Virus record (IMG/VR): IMGVR_UViG_3300011008_000049
Location: 64,001-128,000 of that record
Strand: one strand, 5' to 3'
DNA from: a virus
Taxonomy: Duplodnaviria; Caudoviricetes
DNA: 64,000 nucleotides
Every line of letters starts with the position of its first letter. The first letter of the stretch is position 1. Made by a program: the position numbers and the translations under genes. Positions 10,068-19,482 of the stretch are shown piece by piece. A model generated the notes under the pieces. It was not told where the DNA came from. It was given only the letters and a program-made list of their open reading frames with translations, and searched no databases.

Positions 10068-10640
10068 ATGAGAATAAATATCTATGACACAGACAAACGA
10101 TATGATTTGATTTTGGCAGACCCGCCGTGGAAGCAAGCAAAAGGCGGAAAGAAGAATGTTAGACCGGTGAGCAGCGGAACGGAACTTGATTATCCGGTGT
10201 GTTCACTCGATGAAATTAAAGAACATTTGCGACAAGCTACAAGTCTTGCTTCGGGGGATAACACAATATTATTCTTATGGACTATCGACAAATACTTATT
10301 TGAAGCACAACAGATAGCAGAGGAATTAGGATATAAACTTCATGCCAGAATGATATGGAATAAGGTAACTGGTATTCCAGCAGCATTTACAGTAAGATAT
10401 GGTCATGAATATCTGCTCTATATGTATAAATGTAAATTGATTCCTGTGGCTATCGAAGAAAGAGGAAAGATACATACCGTGTTTACTGAAAAGGTTCAGA
10501 GGCATAGTCAGAAGCCAGAGATTTCATATGAGATTATCAATAGGTTATATCCAGACTTAAAGAAATTGGAACTCTATGCTCGGCAGGAACACGATGGATT
10601 TGATGTTTGGGGCAACGAAGTTCCAGTAATGGAGGATTAA
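10068..10640 (+). CDS. MT-A70-family adenine methyltransferase
   Basis: ADPPW, LFLWT, HSQKP, ELYAR and WGNE; GGAG SD before ATG 10068. Confidence 0.9.
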   Translation: MRINIYDTDKRYDLILADPPWKQAKGGKKNVRPVSSGTELDYPVCSLDEIKEHLRQATSLASGDNTILFLWTIDKYLFEAQQIAEELGYKLHARMIWNKVTGIPAAFTVRYGHEYLLYMYKCKLIPVAIEERGKIHTVFTEKVQRHSQKPEISYEIINRLYPDLKKLELYARQEHDGFDVWGNEVPVMED

Positions 10641-10641
10641 A

Positions 10642-10833
10642 ATGTTTTGCAAACACTGTAATTCATTGATGAAACGTGTATTAAGATTTGAGAACGGCAA
10701 ATCATATCGTCTATATAAGTGTCCTAAATGTTATATGGAAACAAAACCGATTCCATATTTTTTTAAGGATGAACAAATAAGACGGAATAACAGCAAAACT
10801 GCAAATAAACCAACAAAGAAAAGAGGTAAGTAA
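10642..10833 (+). CDS. Zinc-ribbon protein
   Basis: CKHC...CPKC. Confidence 0.55.
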   Translation: MFCKHCNSLMKRVLRFENGKSYRLYKCPKCYMETKPIPYFFKDEQIRRNNSKTANKPTKKRGK

Positions 10834-12153
10834 ATGTATTGCGCATATGTCACTACGATTAAAGAACTACGAAAGCATAGCAACGCTGATAGACTTCTTT
10901 GCGCAACGATTTTCGGCAATAACGTTATTGTCGATTTGAGTTATAAGGAAGGTCAGAAAGTTGTGTATTTCCCTGTTGACGGTCAACTCGGAGAAGAATT
11001 CGCAAAAGAAAATAATCTTGTCAGAGTCAAGGATGAGAACGGAAATAATACTGGTGGTTATCTTGACCCGGATAAGAGAAATATCAAAGCATTGAAGTTA
11101 AGAGGTGAACAGTCCGATGGGCTTGTACTCCCTATCGAAGTTTTGAGTAAATACACCGACATTGAGAAACTTACTGATGGAGAGCAAATTACTGTTCTTA
11201 ACGGATATGAGATTTGTAAAAAGTATATTCCGAAGTGCAACAGAAGCAGAAGAACTTCTACCAATGTCAGCAAAACGAGAAAGAATCACAAAGAATCCAA
11301 TCAGAAAGTTACATATCCTTTCTTTGTTGAACACATTGATACTGCGCAGCTTGCATACAACGAAAAGGCATTTAAGCCCGGAGACACTTGCTACATCACT
11401 CTAAAAATGCACGGTACTTCCGCAAGAACGATGAATGCCGTTGAGGTCACTACGAAGAAGCCAAACAGAGTATTGAAAAAGGTTTTCAAATTGAAAGACA
11501 AAACCACCAGACAATACAAGTTTGTTAGTGGTACTCGCCGGACTACATTGAGAGATTTCGGAGATGGTGGATGGTACGGCAGTAACGCCTTCAGAGAGAA
11601 GTATCATAATTTCTTCAAAGAGAGACTTCCAAAGGGCGCAGAAATCTTTTATGAGATTGTCGGTTGGGTTAGCGAAAATACAACCATCATGGGAAGATGC
11701 TCTAATAAGCTCGTCAAAGATAAAGAATTCTCCAAGCAATATGGTGACGAAACGATTTTCTCCTACGGTTGCGAACCTGGACAGAATGATTGTTATGTCT
11801 ATCGCATGACCTTGACAAATGAAGATGGCTTTGCCGTAGAAATTCCGTGGGAGCAGGTTCAGATTGAATGTGAGAAAATGGGCGTTAAGTGTGTTCCTAC
11901 TTTTGAAAAGTTTACATATACGACATGGGATGACCTGCTTGCACGTGTTGAAAAGTATTATGACGGTATTGACCCTATCGGCAAGAACCATATTCGAGAG
12001 GGGGTAGTTGTCCGTATTGACAACAGACCATCATTTACTGCATACAAGCATAAGAACTTTTATTTCAAGTGCCTTGAAGGGATTATTAAAGATACTTCTG
12101 ATGCTCCTGATATGGAAGAAGCAGAAGAATTGATTATCGAAGAAGCAAATTAA
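10834..12153 (+). CDS. ATP-dependent RNA ligase (Rnl2/DRB0094-like) with N-terminal OB-like domain
   Basis: HSNADRL N-terminus; motif I KMHGTS; YEIVG; EGVVVR; YKHKN. Confidence 0.8.
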   Translation: MYCAYVTTIKELRKHSNADRLLCATIFGNNVIVDLSYKEGQKVVYFPVDGQLGEEFAKENNLVRVKDENGNNTGGYLDPDKRNIKALKLRGEQSDGLVLPIEVLSKYTDIEKLTDGEQITVLNGYEICKKYIPKCNRSRRTSTNVSKTRKNHKESNQKVTYPFFVEHIDTAQLAYNEKAFKPGDTCYITLKMHGTSARTMNAVEVTTKKPNRVLKKVFKLKDKTTRQYKFVSGTRRTTLRDFGDGGWYGSNAFREKYHNFFKERLPKGAEIFYEIVGWVSENTTIMGRCSNKLVKDKEFSKQYGDETIFSYGCEPGQNDCYVYRMTLTNEDGFAVEIPWEQVQIECEKMGVKCVPTFEKFTYTTWDDLLARVEKYYDGIDPIGKNHIREGVVVRIDNRPSFTAYKHKNFYFKCLEGIIKDTSDAPDMEEAEELIIEEAN

Positions 12154-12168
12154 AGGAGAAATTATTCT

Positions 12169-12501
12169 ATGGCTATGACAGAAGAACAGAACACTAAATT
12201 AGAGGAACTTTTCAAAGAGAAGTTACAAGAACAGTATAATCGCGGAATCCGAGTTGGTATTCTCACGGTTAGTAAAATCGTTTCCGACAAACTGAATGAC
12301 AGTTCTATTCCGTTTGCAAAGCGAATTGATGAAGTTAAGCGTTTTTGTAAGATTGCACCTGGTATTGAGCAAAAGTTCAATGAGATTGCTGCGAAGTCAG
12401 ATGAAACCGCAGAAGTTCCGGCAGAAACCGTTGAACAGACTGATGATAGCGAAAATGCTGTAACACCAGAATCAGAACCCTCTGAACCTACCAATGATTG
12501 A
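12169..12501 (+). CDS. Hypothetical protein with acidic tail
   Basis: 110-aa ORF with AGGAG SD. Confidence 0.6.
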   Translation: MAMTEEQNTKLEELFKEKLQEQYNRGIRVGILTVSKIVSDKLNDSSIPFAKRIDEVKRFCKIAPGIEQKFNEIAAKSDETAEVPAETVEQTDDSENAVTPESEPSEPTND

Positions 12502-12566
12502 GGACTTTGTGAGACATAAATGACAATAAAAGAGCAATTTTATTTGCGGAAGTGAGGTGATAATAT

Positions 12567-13586
12567 ATGGATTACTATTCCACGACAATTAAAGGACATC
12601 CTTTATATGCAAGGAAGCATATTGATATGCCATTGTTAATTATGATGTGCGGATTGCCCGGAAGTGGTAAAAGTAGATATGCAGATAGTATCTATGTTGC
12701 TACTCCGCTTGTTGTAAAACCAATAATTCATTCTTCCGATAAATTGAGAGAAGAAATGTTTGGAAACGAAGCTACACAAGGAGATAACAACAAACTATTT
12801 TGCGAGTTACATAGAAGAATTAAAAACGATTTGCTTGATGGCAAGGATGTTATATATGATGCAACCAATATTAAGAAAAAGGAACGTGTTCAGTTTTTAT
12901 CCGAACTCCGCAATATTCGTTGCTTCCCGATTTGTGTTGTAATCGCTACCGAATATGAGGCTTGTTTATACAACAACAGAAATAGAGAAAGAGTCGTTCC
13001 GGCAGATGTAATTAAAAGAATGCAATGTAATTGGACACCACCACATTATAATGAGGGATTTGAATACATTCATTACATTTTCTCTTACATAAATGAAAGC
13101 AACGAAATCGTAACAGAACCAAAAGACAAGTATATCCTCGGTAAATTCTTTGAGATTGCAAACGATTTTGACCAGGAAAACGAACATCATGAATTGAGTC
13201 TTGGAGAGCATTGCGCGAAAGCCGGAACATACATTCAAGAGCATAGACCAAACAACTATAATCTTCTGTATGCTGCAATGCTCCATGATAATGGTAAGTT
13301 ATATACCAAAACAAGAACAAATGCCAAAGGTGAAATAGATGGTAATTGTCATTATTATCAACATCATTGTGTTGGAGCATATAACAGTATGTTCTATATG
13401 CACCGTGCCGGACATTTCACGAATGAAGATATGGTTTACATCTCAAATCTGATTTATTATCATATGCACCCATATAATCAGTGGAAACAATCAGAAAAAT
13501 CGTTGAAGCGAGATAAAGGACTTATCGGAGAAAAACTTTATAATGACATTATGGTGCTTCATCAGGCAGATTTAGAAGCACATTAA
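12567..13586 (+). CDS. Polynucleotide kinase-like P-loop domain fused to an HD phosphohydrolase
   Basis: GLPGSGKS, SSDKLR, YDATN; HH...LHDNGK...YHM...D. Confidence 0.85.
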   Translation: MDYYSTTIKGHPLYARKHIDMPLLIMMCGLPGSGKSRYADSIYVATPLVVKPIIHSSDKLREEMFGNEATQGDNNKLFCELHRRIKNDLLDGKDVIYDATNIKKKERVQFLSELRNIRCFPICVVIATEYEACLYNNRNRERVVPADVIKRMQCNWTPPHYNEGFEYIHYIFSYINESNEIVTEPKDKYILGKFFEIANDFDQENEHHELSLGEHCAKAGTYIQEHRPNNYNLLYAAMLHDNGKLYTKTRTNAKGEIDGNCHYYQHHCVGAYNSMFYMHRAGHFTNEDMVYISNLIYYHMHPYNQWKQSEKSLKRDKGLIGEKLYNDIMVLHQADLEAH

Positions 13587-13601
13587 ATTGGAGTTGGTTA
13601 T

Positions 13602-13925
13602 ATGAGAAAACCTTGCAATAGTTGTGTAAAAGCTAATACATATAAATATCCAAGTGGTAAGGTAAGATACTATTGTGGAAGTACATCTTATCGTTATTGC
13701 GATAAGTACCAAATGTATGATGAATTTTTGGAGAGCAAACGCCAATACATAAGAGGAAAACAGATAAAAAGCGTTCAAGAATACTTAAAACTAAAAGAAA
13801 GTGGTCAAACACTATTTTATTGGCGTGATTGTATTCGTCATATTGGATGGCTTGAAAGTTTGCAGTTTAGGGTTTTTGTTGACAGCATTCAGCAAGGTCA
13901 TATTTATAATGCCATTAAAAAGTAA
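13602..13925 (+). CDS. Hypothetical protein
   Basis: 107-aa ORF with GGAG SD. Confidence 0.55.
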   Translation: MRKPCNSCVKANTYKYPSGKVRYYCGSTSYRYCDKYQMYDEFLESKRQYIRGKQIKSVQEYLKLKESGQTLFYWRDCIRHIGWLESLQFRVFVDSIQQGHIYNAIKK

Positions 13926-14063
13926 AAATACAATTACACTCTTTGAGTGATGATATAGATACCTTTATTTGAAAGGTCGGTGGTTCAATTGATTGTATCT
14001 AACTAAATAAGCAGGAATAACACTATAATTATTTAATATCAAAATAAGGAGAAACATATAGAA

Positions 14064-14693
14064 ATGCCAGACAAAAGTATTTTTGAAACACTCAACAATG
14101 TTGATGTGAGTAACAAGGTAAAAGAAAAGGGCGGTTTGACATATCTTTCATGGTCATCTGCTTGGGCGGAAGTTAAAAAGAAATACCCGGAGGCTACATA
14201 TAAGATTATTCCCCAAACAGATGAAAGTGGAAACACAAGATTTTGGCATGACGATGGAAAGACAGGTTGGGTTGAAGTGTGTGTAACTATCGAAGATATT
14301 TCACATACCGAAGTTCTTGCAATTATGGACTTTAAGAACAAGTCTATTCCAGCAGAAAACATTACTTCTGTTGATGCGAACAAGTCATTGAAGCGTTGCT
14401 TGGTTAAAGCTCTTGCTATGCACGGTCTTGGTCTTTATATCTATGAGGGCGAAGATTTGCCGGAAGAAGCATCGAAACTGCTTGATTTACAGAATGAAGT
14501 TGCCGAACTTGCCAAGAAGAAATCATCTCTTTCGGATAAAGCGAAAGATGAATCAATCACCTGCTGCAAGGAAGCCGAAAAGGAAGCAAATCCTGATGTA
14601 GATGATGAGTTAATTACAGGCAAGATTGCAAACATCAATGATGTAACCATTCTTGAAAATTTGAAAAAGAGACTGTTAAAGGTCAGAAAGTAA
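14064..14693 (+). CDS. Sak-type single-strand annealing protein (DUF1071)
   Basis: LTYLSWSSAW...RCLVKALAMHGLGLYIYEGED. Confidence 0.85.
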   Translation: MPDKSIFETLNNVDVSNKVKEKGGLTYLSWSSAWAEVKKKYPEATYKIIPQTDESGNTRFWHDDGKTGWVEVCVTIEDISHTEVLAIMDFKNKSIPAENITSVDANKSLKRCLVKALAMHGLGLYIYEGEDLPEEASKLLDLQNEVAELAKKKSSLSDKAKDESITCCKEAEKEANPDVDDELITGKIANINDVTILENLKKRLLKVRK

Positions 14694-14703
14694 AGGTGAA
14701 AAT

Positions 14704-15150
14704 ATGGGATTTAGACAGGCTGATAGCGAAGGACGTGGCGGATTCGCCCGAATCTGGTCTATCGAGGACAAAGGGAATTACTCTGTCGCAAAGATTAGTA
14801 CCAGCAAGAAGCGCAAGGATGATGATGGATATGAAACTGACTTTCAGGATGGATTTGTCCGCCTGATTGGTTCTGCTCACACCAAAGCAAAGGAACTTAA
14901 TGTTACCGACAAAGGTGTAGCAATCCAGATTACTTCTTGCGAGGTAACTACTCCGTATAATGCGGAAACCAAAAAGGGATATACAAATTATGCAATCTTC
15001 GCATTTAACATCCCCGATAGCAATGGAACTACCAGTAATGCTTCCGCTGGTTCAAAGAAAGCCACGAAGTCAGCTTCAAAATCCAAGGCAAAGGCGAAGG
15101 CTGCTCCTGAAACCGATGTTGAGGATTCTGACGATGACCTTCCATTTTAA
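14704..15150 (+). CDS. ssb: Single-stranded DNA-binding protein
   Basis: Acidic DDDLPF C-terminus; follows Sak. Confidence 0.75.
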   Translation: MGFRQADSEGRGGFARIWSIEDKGNYSVAKISTSKKRKDDDGYETDFQDGFVRLIGSAHTKAKELNVTDKGVAIQITSCEVTTPYNAETKKGYTNYAIFAFNIPDSNGTTSNASAGSKKATKSASKSKAKAKAAPETDVEDSDDDLPF

Positions 15151-15153
15151 TTG

Positions 15154-15765
15154 ATGGCGGAAAATCAGAACGTTGAACGGTTTGAACAATTATTGAGAAG
15201 CACAAAAAGGGACGGTATAGAAGGACTGATTGATTTTATTAGGAAATCAGACTTCTATACTGCACCGGCATCAACAAGATACCATTCATGCCATGAAGGT
15301 GGATTGTTAGAGCATTCTCTTAATGTTTATGACTGTCTTAACGCAAAGTGTAAAAGTGAATTATGGAGTGAAATGAATGTTACGGAAGCAAACATTATTA
15401 TAACCGCTTTGCTCCATGATTTGTGTAAGAGTTATTATTACGGAACTGAAATCAAAAATAAAAAGGTTTATAGCGAACACGGAACAAAGTCTGATAGCAA
15501 TGGAAGATTTGATTGGGTATCTGCTCCTGCATATGTAGTTGACGATAAGATTCCATATGGTCATGGTGAAAAATCTGTCATGATGATTGAGGAATTTATT
15601 AAGTTAGAACCGGTTGAACGGTATGCTATTCGTTGGCACATGGGATTTACAGAACCAAAAGAAAGTTGGAATACGCTCGGTGTTGCAATTCGTAAATACC
15701 CGCTTGTTCTTGCTATGCACACTTCTGATTTGGAGGCTACATACCTGTTAGAAAAGGAAGAATAA
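15154..15765 (+). CDS. HD-domain hydrolase
   Basis: APASTRYH..GGLLEHS..LLHDLCK..GHGEKS..IRWHMG. Confidence 0.85.
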   Translation: MAENQNVERFEQLLRSTKRDGIEGLIDFIRKSDFYTAPASTRYHSCHEGGLLEHSLNVYDCLNAKCKSELWSEMNVTEANIIITALLHDLCKSYYYGTEIKNKKVYSEHGTKSDSNGRFDWVSAPAYVVDDKIPYGHGEKSVMMIEEFIKLEPVERYAIRWHMGFTEPKESWNTLGVAIRKYPLVLAMHTSDLEATYLLEKEE

Positions 15766-15766
15766 A

Positions 15767-16294
15767 ATGGGAAAACAGACTGACATTAAAACTTGTAGAT
15801 ATATAAATTGTAAACATCCAGATAAGAAGATTGATATTACAAAAGATGATTATAAACTTGTCGGCAAAACCGCGTATTATCATTCTGATTGCCTTAAAGA
15901 AAAGAAAAAAGGCGAATGGAAAGATGAGCAGACAAAGAATGACTTGCAGTATATCAAGAATCAATGGGTTTTACATATAAGCAAAACAGTTGTTTATAGT
16001 CAGTTGTTCAGTTGCCTCAACGAGCTTCTTGCTCGTGGTGTTTCCTCCGATTATCTTGTATTTGTTTTTGACTATATTGTTAAGAACAATTTGAATTTAA
16101 GGCATCCTCTCGGCTTCAAATATTTTGTGGATAAACCAAATATCAAGGATGCCTATGAGAAACAGCAGAAAGCGAAGAATGGAATTAAGAAACAATCTGA
16201 TTTTACTGCTGATGATAGTTCAGATGCTCCGACATTCAAACTAAATCAGAAGCCATTTGGATTTAAGAGCATTTTAGGAGGAGGTAAGCAGTGA
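15767..16294 (+). CDS. Hypothetical protein in the replication module
   Basis: 175-aa ORF coupled to the helicase gene. Confidence 0.55.
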   Translation: MGKQTDIKTCRYINCKHPDKKIDITKDDYKLVGKTAYYHSDCLKEKKKGEWKDEQTKNDLQYIKNQWVLHISKTVVYSQLFSCLNELLARGVSSDYLVFVFDYIVKNNLNLRHPLGFKYFVDKPNIKDAYEKQQKAKNGIKKQSDFTADDSSDAPTFKLNQKPFGFKSILGGGKQ

Positions 16295-17637
16295 TGGATG
16301 TATCAGAACTTTCAGATATTCAATCAGAGAGCGGAGTAATTGGAACGCTGATTTATCATCCCGAATTCGTGCTACATACTGATTATCTCCACCCAGGCTA
16401 TTTCTACGGTGTAGAAAATGGCTGCATATATTGGGCGATTCAAGACCTCTATAAAGATGGGATTACAAACATTGATGCCTACAATGTTTCAAACAAATTA
16501 CAAAGTCATCCGGGAGTAGCAAAAACAATAGACAAGTACAATATGCCATCTGTTCAGGAGTTCATGGAACTTTATAAAGAAACGGCTCGGCATAGTCTTG
16601 AAGAATATAAAATGCTTGCAGACAACATTGTAACTCTTGCATTTAAGCGTGATTTGGTCAAAGTCTTAAACAAAATATCAGACGATTGTTTTCATAAGGA
16701 TTGCGACCTTGATGTATTGAGTAACAACGTATATGACGAGCTTGATAAACTAACTCAAAAATTTATATCTTCAAAAGAAGTACATACTATCGGAAATGAC
16801 ATTGATGATATTTGGAACGAAATATGTAGTAGAAGAACGGAAGATGGTTTATATGGAATTCCGTCTAAATACCGAATATTCAATGAGTATTTCACATTTG
16901 AAACCGGAGAGTTGGTTGTTGTTCAGGCGAAATATAAACGCGGCAAGTCTGTTCTGCTCATGAATGAGGTTGTTCATAAACTGAAAAATGGTGTTCCGAC
17001 TCTTGTTATTGATACAGAGATGAAAACAAGACTTTACACTGAAAGACTTATATCTCATTTGACCGGAATTGAAATCAAGAGAATAAAAAACGGTCAATAT
17101 TCAGAAGCAGAGGCAGATAAAATTAAATCTTGCATTGGCTGGCTGAAGGAACAACCATTCGTGCATATCTATGACCCAAACATCACGAATGAAAAGATGT
17201 ATTCGATATGTAAAATGCTCAAATACAAAATCGGATTAACATTCGTTGTATTTGACTACATAAAATCAAACGAAACATCTACAAGCGACAACTATAACAT
17301 TCTTGGTGCAAAATGTGATTTCCTCAAAAACAAAATCGCCGGAGAACTCGATTTAGCTGTTTTATCTGCTTGCCAGTTAAATCGAAGCGGAGAGGTTGCA
17401 GATAGCGACAAAATCAATAGGTATCTTTCTGTCGGGATTAAATGGGATTACAAGTCCCAGGAAATGATAGCAAAAGACGGGATGGAATGTGGAAACACAT
17501 ATGCAAAGATATATGTTAATCGTCTTGGGGAACAAATGCAGGAAGATGATGAAGAAGATTATATTGACTTTGTGTTTGCGGGCGACACAATGACAATTAT
17601 CGAAGCACAGCAGCACGATAGAGATAGCAAATTTTAA
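16291..17637 (+). CDS. dnaB: DnaB-like replicative helicase
   Basis: Walker A-like AKYKRGKS, IDTEM, VFDYIK and CQLNR. Confidence 0.85.
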   Translation: MMDVSELSDIQSESGVIGTLIYHPEFVLHTDYLHPGYFYGVENGCIYWAIQDLYKDGITNIDAYNVSNKLQSHPGVAKTIDKYNMPSVQEFMELYKETARHSLEEYKMLADNIVTLAFKRDLVKVLNKISDDCFHKDCDLDVLSNNVYDELDKLTQKFISSKEVHTIGNDIDDIWNEICSRRTEDGLYGIPSKYRIFNEYFTFETGELVVVQAKYKRGKSVLLMNEVVHKLKNGVPTLVIDTEMKTRLYTERLISHLTGIEIKRIKNGQYSEAEADKIKSCIGWLKEQPFVHIYDPNITNEKMYSICKMLKYKIGLTFVVFDYIKSNETSTSDNYNILGAKCDFLKNKIAGELDLAVLSACQLNRSGEVADSDKINRYLSVGIKWDYKSQEMIAKDGMECGNTYAKIYVNRLGEQMQEDDEEDYIDFVFAGDTMTIIEAQQHDRDSKF

Positions 17638-17657
17638 CGAATAGGAGGCAAGGTTGG

Positions 17658-18668
17658 ATGAATTATGATGACGATACATTAAAAGAAATCAATGATAATG
17701 CCGACCTTTTATCCTATGTTCAGCAAACATTAGACCTTGAACAGCGTGGCAATGACTATTTTGCTCATTGCCCGCTGCATGAGGATAAAACCCCTTCTCT
17801 ATCATTTACTCCATCAAAAAACTCATATTACTGCTTTTCGTGCGGTAAATCTGGAGGAATGATTGGTTATTTGATGGATTTTGAGGGAATGGAGTTTGAA
17901 GATGCTGTTGCAAAAGCAGCGGCTCTTGCAGATGTTGACCTCGGCAAAATGTGTCAATCTAAAACAATGACATTGCTCAAAAGATTGAGAGTATTTAATG
18001 CTGCACAAAGCGTTAAAGAAAAATATATACATGATATTCTTCCAAGTTCTGAACTAACCAAATATCAGAAAGGCAAAGTTGATGAATGGTTAGAAGAAGG
18101 AATAGAGCAAGATGTAATGGATTTATTTGATGTTAGAATTGACACAATCGGTAACAGAATTGTTTACCCTGTTTATGATATTGATGGGAATTTAATTAAT
18201 ATCAAAGGAAGAACAAGATATAGCAATTATAAGGCGTTGAAGTTGCCAAAATACATTAATTACTACAAAGTCGGAGTAATGGATTACTTTCAGGGATTGA
18301 ACATAACTCTCCCATATGTTCAAGAAGAAAACGAAATTATTATTTTTGAATCAATTAAATCGGTAATGAAAGCATACGGATGGGGTTATAAAAATTGTGC
18401 TTCTGCCGAAAAGCACACATTAACTCCCGAACAAATTGATTTGCTTGTAAAGTTAAAGGTCAATGTTGTTCTTGCTTATGATTCAGATGTTAATTACAAA
18501 AAAGATGAAGTAAAACAAAATCTTGATATTTTGCGCAGAGTGACAAATGTTTATATTGTTGATGACCCGCAAAAGTTACTTGGTGGTGCAAAAGCAAAGA
18601 ACGCTCCGGCTGACTGTGGTTTAGATATATGGGAAGAATTATATTTCAATAAAAGAAAGGTGGTGTAA
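17658..18668 (+). CDS. dnaG: DNA primase (CHC2 zinc finger + TOPRIM)
   Basis: CPLHEDKTPS..CFSCG; FES..; AYDSD. Confidence 0.9.
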   Translation: MNYDDDTLKEINDNADLLSYVQQTLDLEQRGNDYFAHCPLHEDKTPSLSFTPSKNSYYCFSCGKSGGMIGYLMDFEGMEFEDAVAKAAALADVDLGKMCQSKTMTLLKRLRVFNAAQSVKEKYIHDILPSSELTKYQKGKVDEWLEEGIEQDVMDLFDVRIDTIGNRIVYPVYDIDGNLINIKGRTRYSNYKALKLPKYINYYKVGVMDYFQGLNITLPYVQEENEIIIFESIKSVMKAYGWGYKNCASAEKHTLTPEQIDLLVKLKVNVVLAYDSDVNYKKDEVKQNLDILRRVTNVYIVDDPQKLLGGAKAKNAPADCGLDIWEELYFNKRKVV

Positions 18669-18672
18669 GGAT

Positions 18673-19479
18673 ATGGATGAAGTGCAAAATAATGAACACA
18701 AAACTCGTTGGTCATATTCTCGTACCACCTGTTTTGGTCATTGCAAGTATGAATTTTATTTAGATTACATTATCAATGATGACAAACAATATCTTTCTGA
18801 AGGTAACTACTATGCAGAAGTAGGCAGTTATGTTCATGAGATATTGGCAATGATTTTCTCCGGAGAATTGAAAGTTGAAGATGCTCTCGATTACTACATA
18901 GACCATTATGATGACTATGTTTGCTATAAGGTCAAAAAATCAACAATGGACAAAACATTTGAATTGATTGCAGACTATTTCGCCAGCCTCGATATTGATT
19001 GGTTAAAAGACTATGAGATTCTTGGAGTTGAACTTGAAACAAAATTCAAATTAGACAAATATGATTTCATTGGCTATATTGACCTGTTGTTAAGAGATAA
19101 AAGGGATGGGAAGATAGTTGTTCTTGACCACAAGAGTGCTGAATATCCTTTCAAGTTAAATGGTGATGTAAAGAAAAATTCGCAGCATAGTTTTGAATTA
19201 TATAAAAAGCAGATGTACTTATACTGCCATGCAATCCATCAGATTTATGGCGAATATCCAAAAGAAATCACATGGAATCATTTTAAGGATGGCGGCAAGT
19301 TTGCCACAATTCCGTTCATCAAAGACGAATACGATGAAACCATAAAATGGTTTAGGGACACCTTACAAACAATCGAAAAAGAAAAGGATTATGAACCGTC
19401 AGAAGATTTCTTTTACTGCCATAATTTGTGCAATTTCCGAAACAGTTGTGAGTATAAGATAGCTTCAAGTAAAAGGTGA
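18673..19479 (+). CDS. PD-(D/E)XK / Cas4-like exonuclease
   Basis: SYSR, GSYVHE, GYIDL, LDHKS, QMYLY and C-terminal CxxxC..C. Confidence 0.85.
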   Translation: MDEVQNNEHKTRWSYSRTTCFGHCKYEFYLDYIINDDKQYLSEGNYYAEVGSYVHEILAMIFSGELKVEDALDYYIDHYDDYVCYKVKKSTMDKTFELIADYFASLDIDWLKDYEILGVELETKFKLDKYDFIGYIDLLLRDKRDGKIVVLDHKSAEYPFKLNGDVKKNSQHSFELYKKQMYLYCHAIHQIYGEYPKEITWNHFKDGGKFATIPFIKDEYDETIKWFRDTLQTIEKEKDYEPSEDFFYCHNLCNFRNSCEYKIASSKR

Positions 19480-19482
19480 AAT

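Noticed and set aside
13950-14000. tRNA-like fragment AAGGTCGGTGGTTCAATT with an adjacent hairpin
   Set aside because: No complete T-stem, D-arm or acceptor stem can be formed
18673-19479. Cas4-like nuclease as evidence of CRISPR-Cas
   Set aside because: No array or other cas genes; it sits in the replication module, as is common in phages
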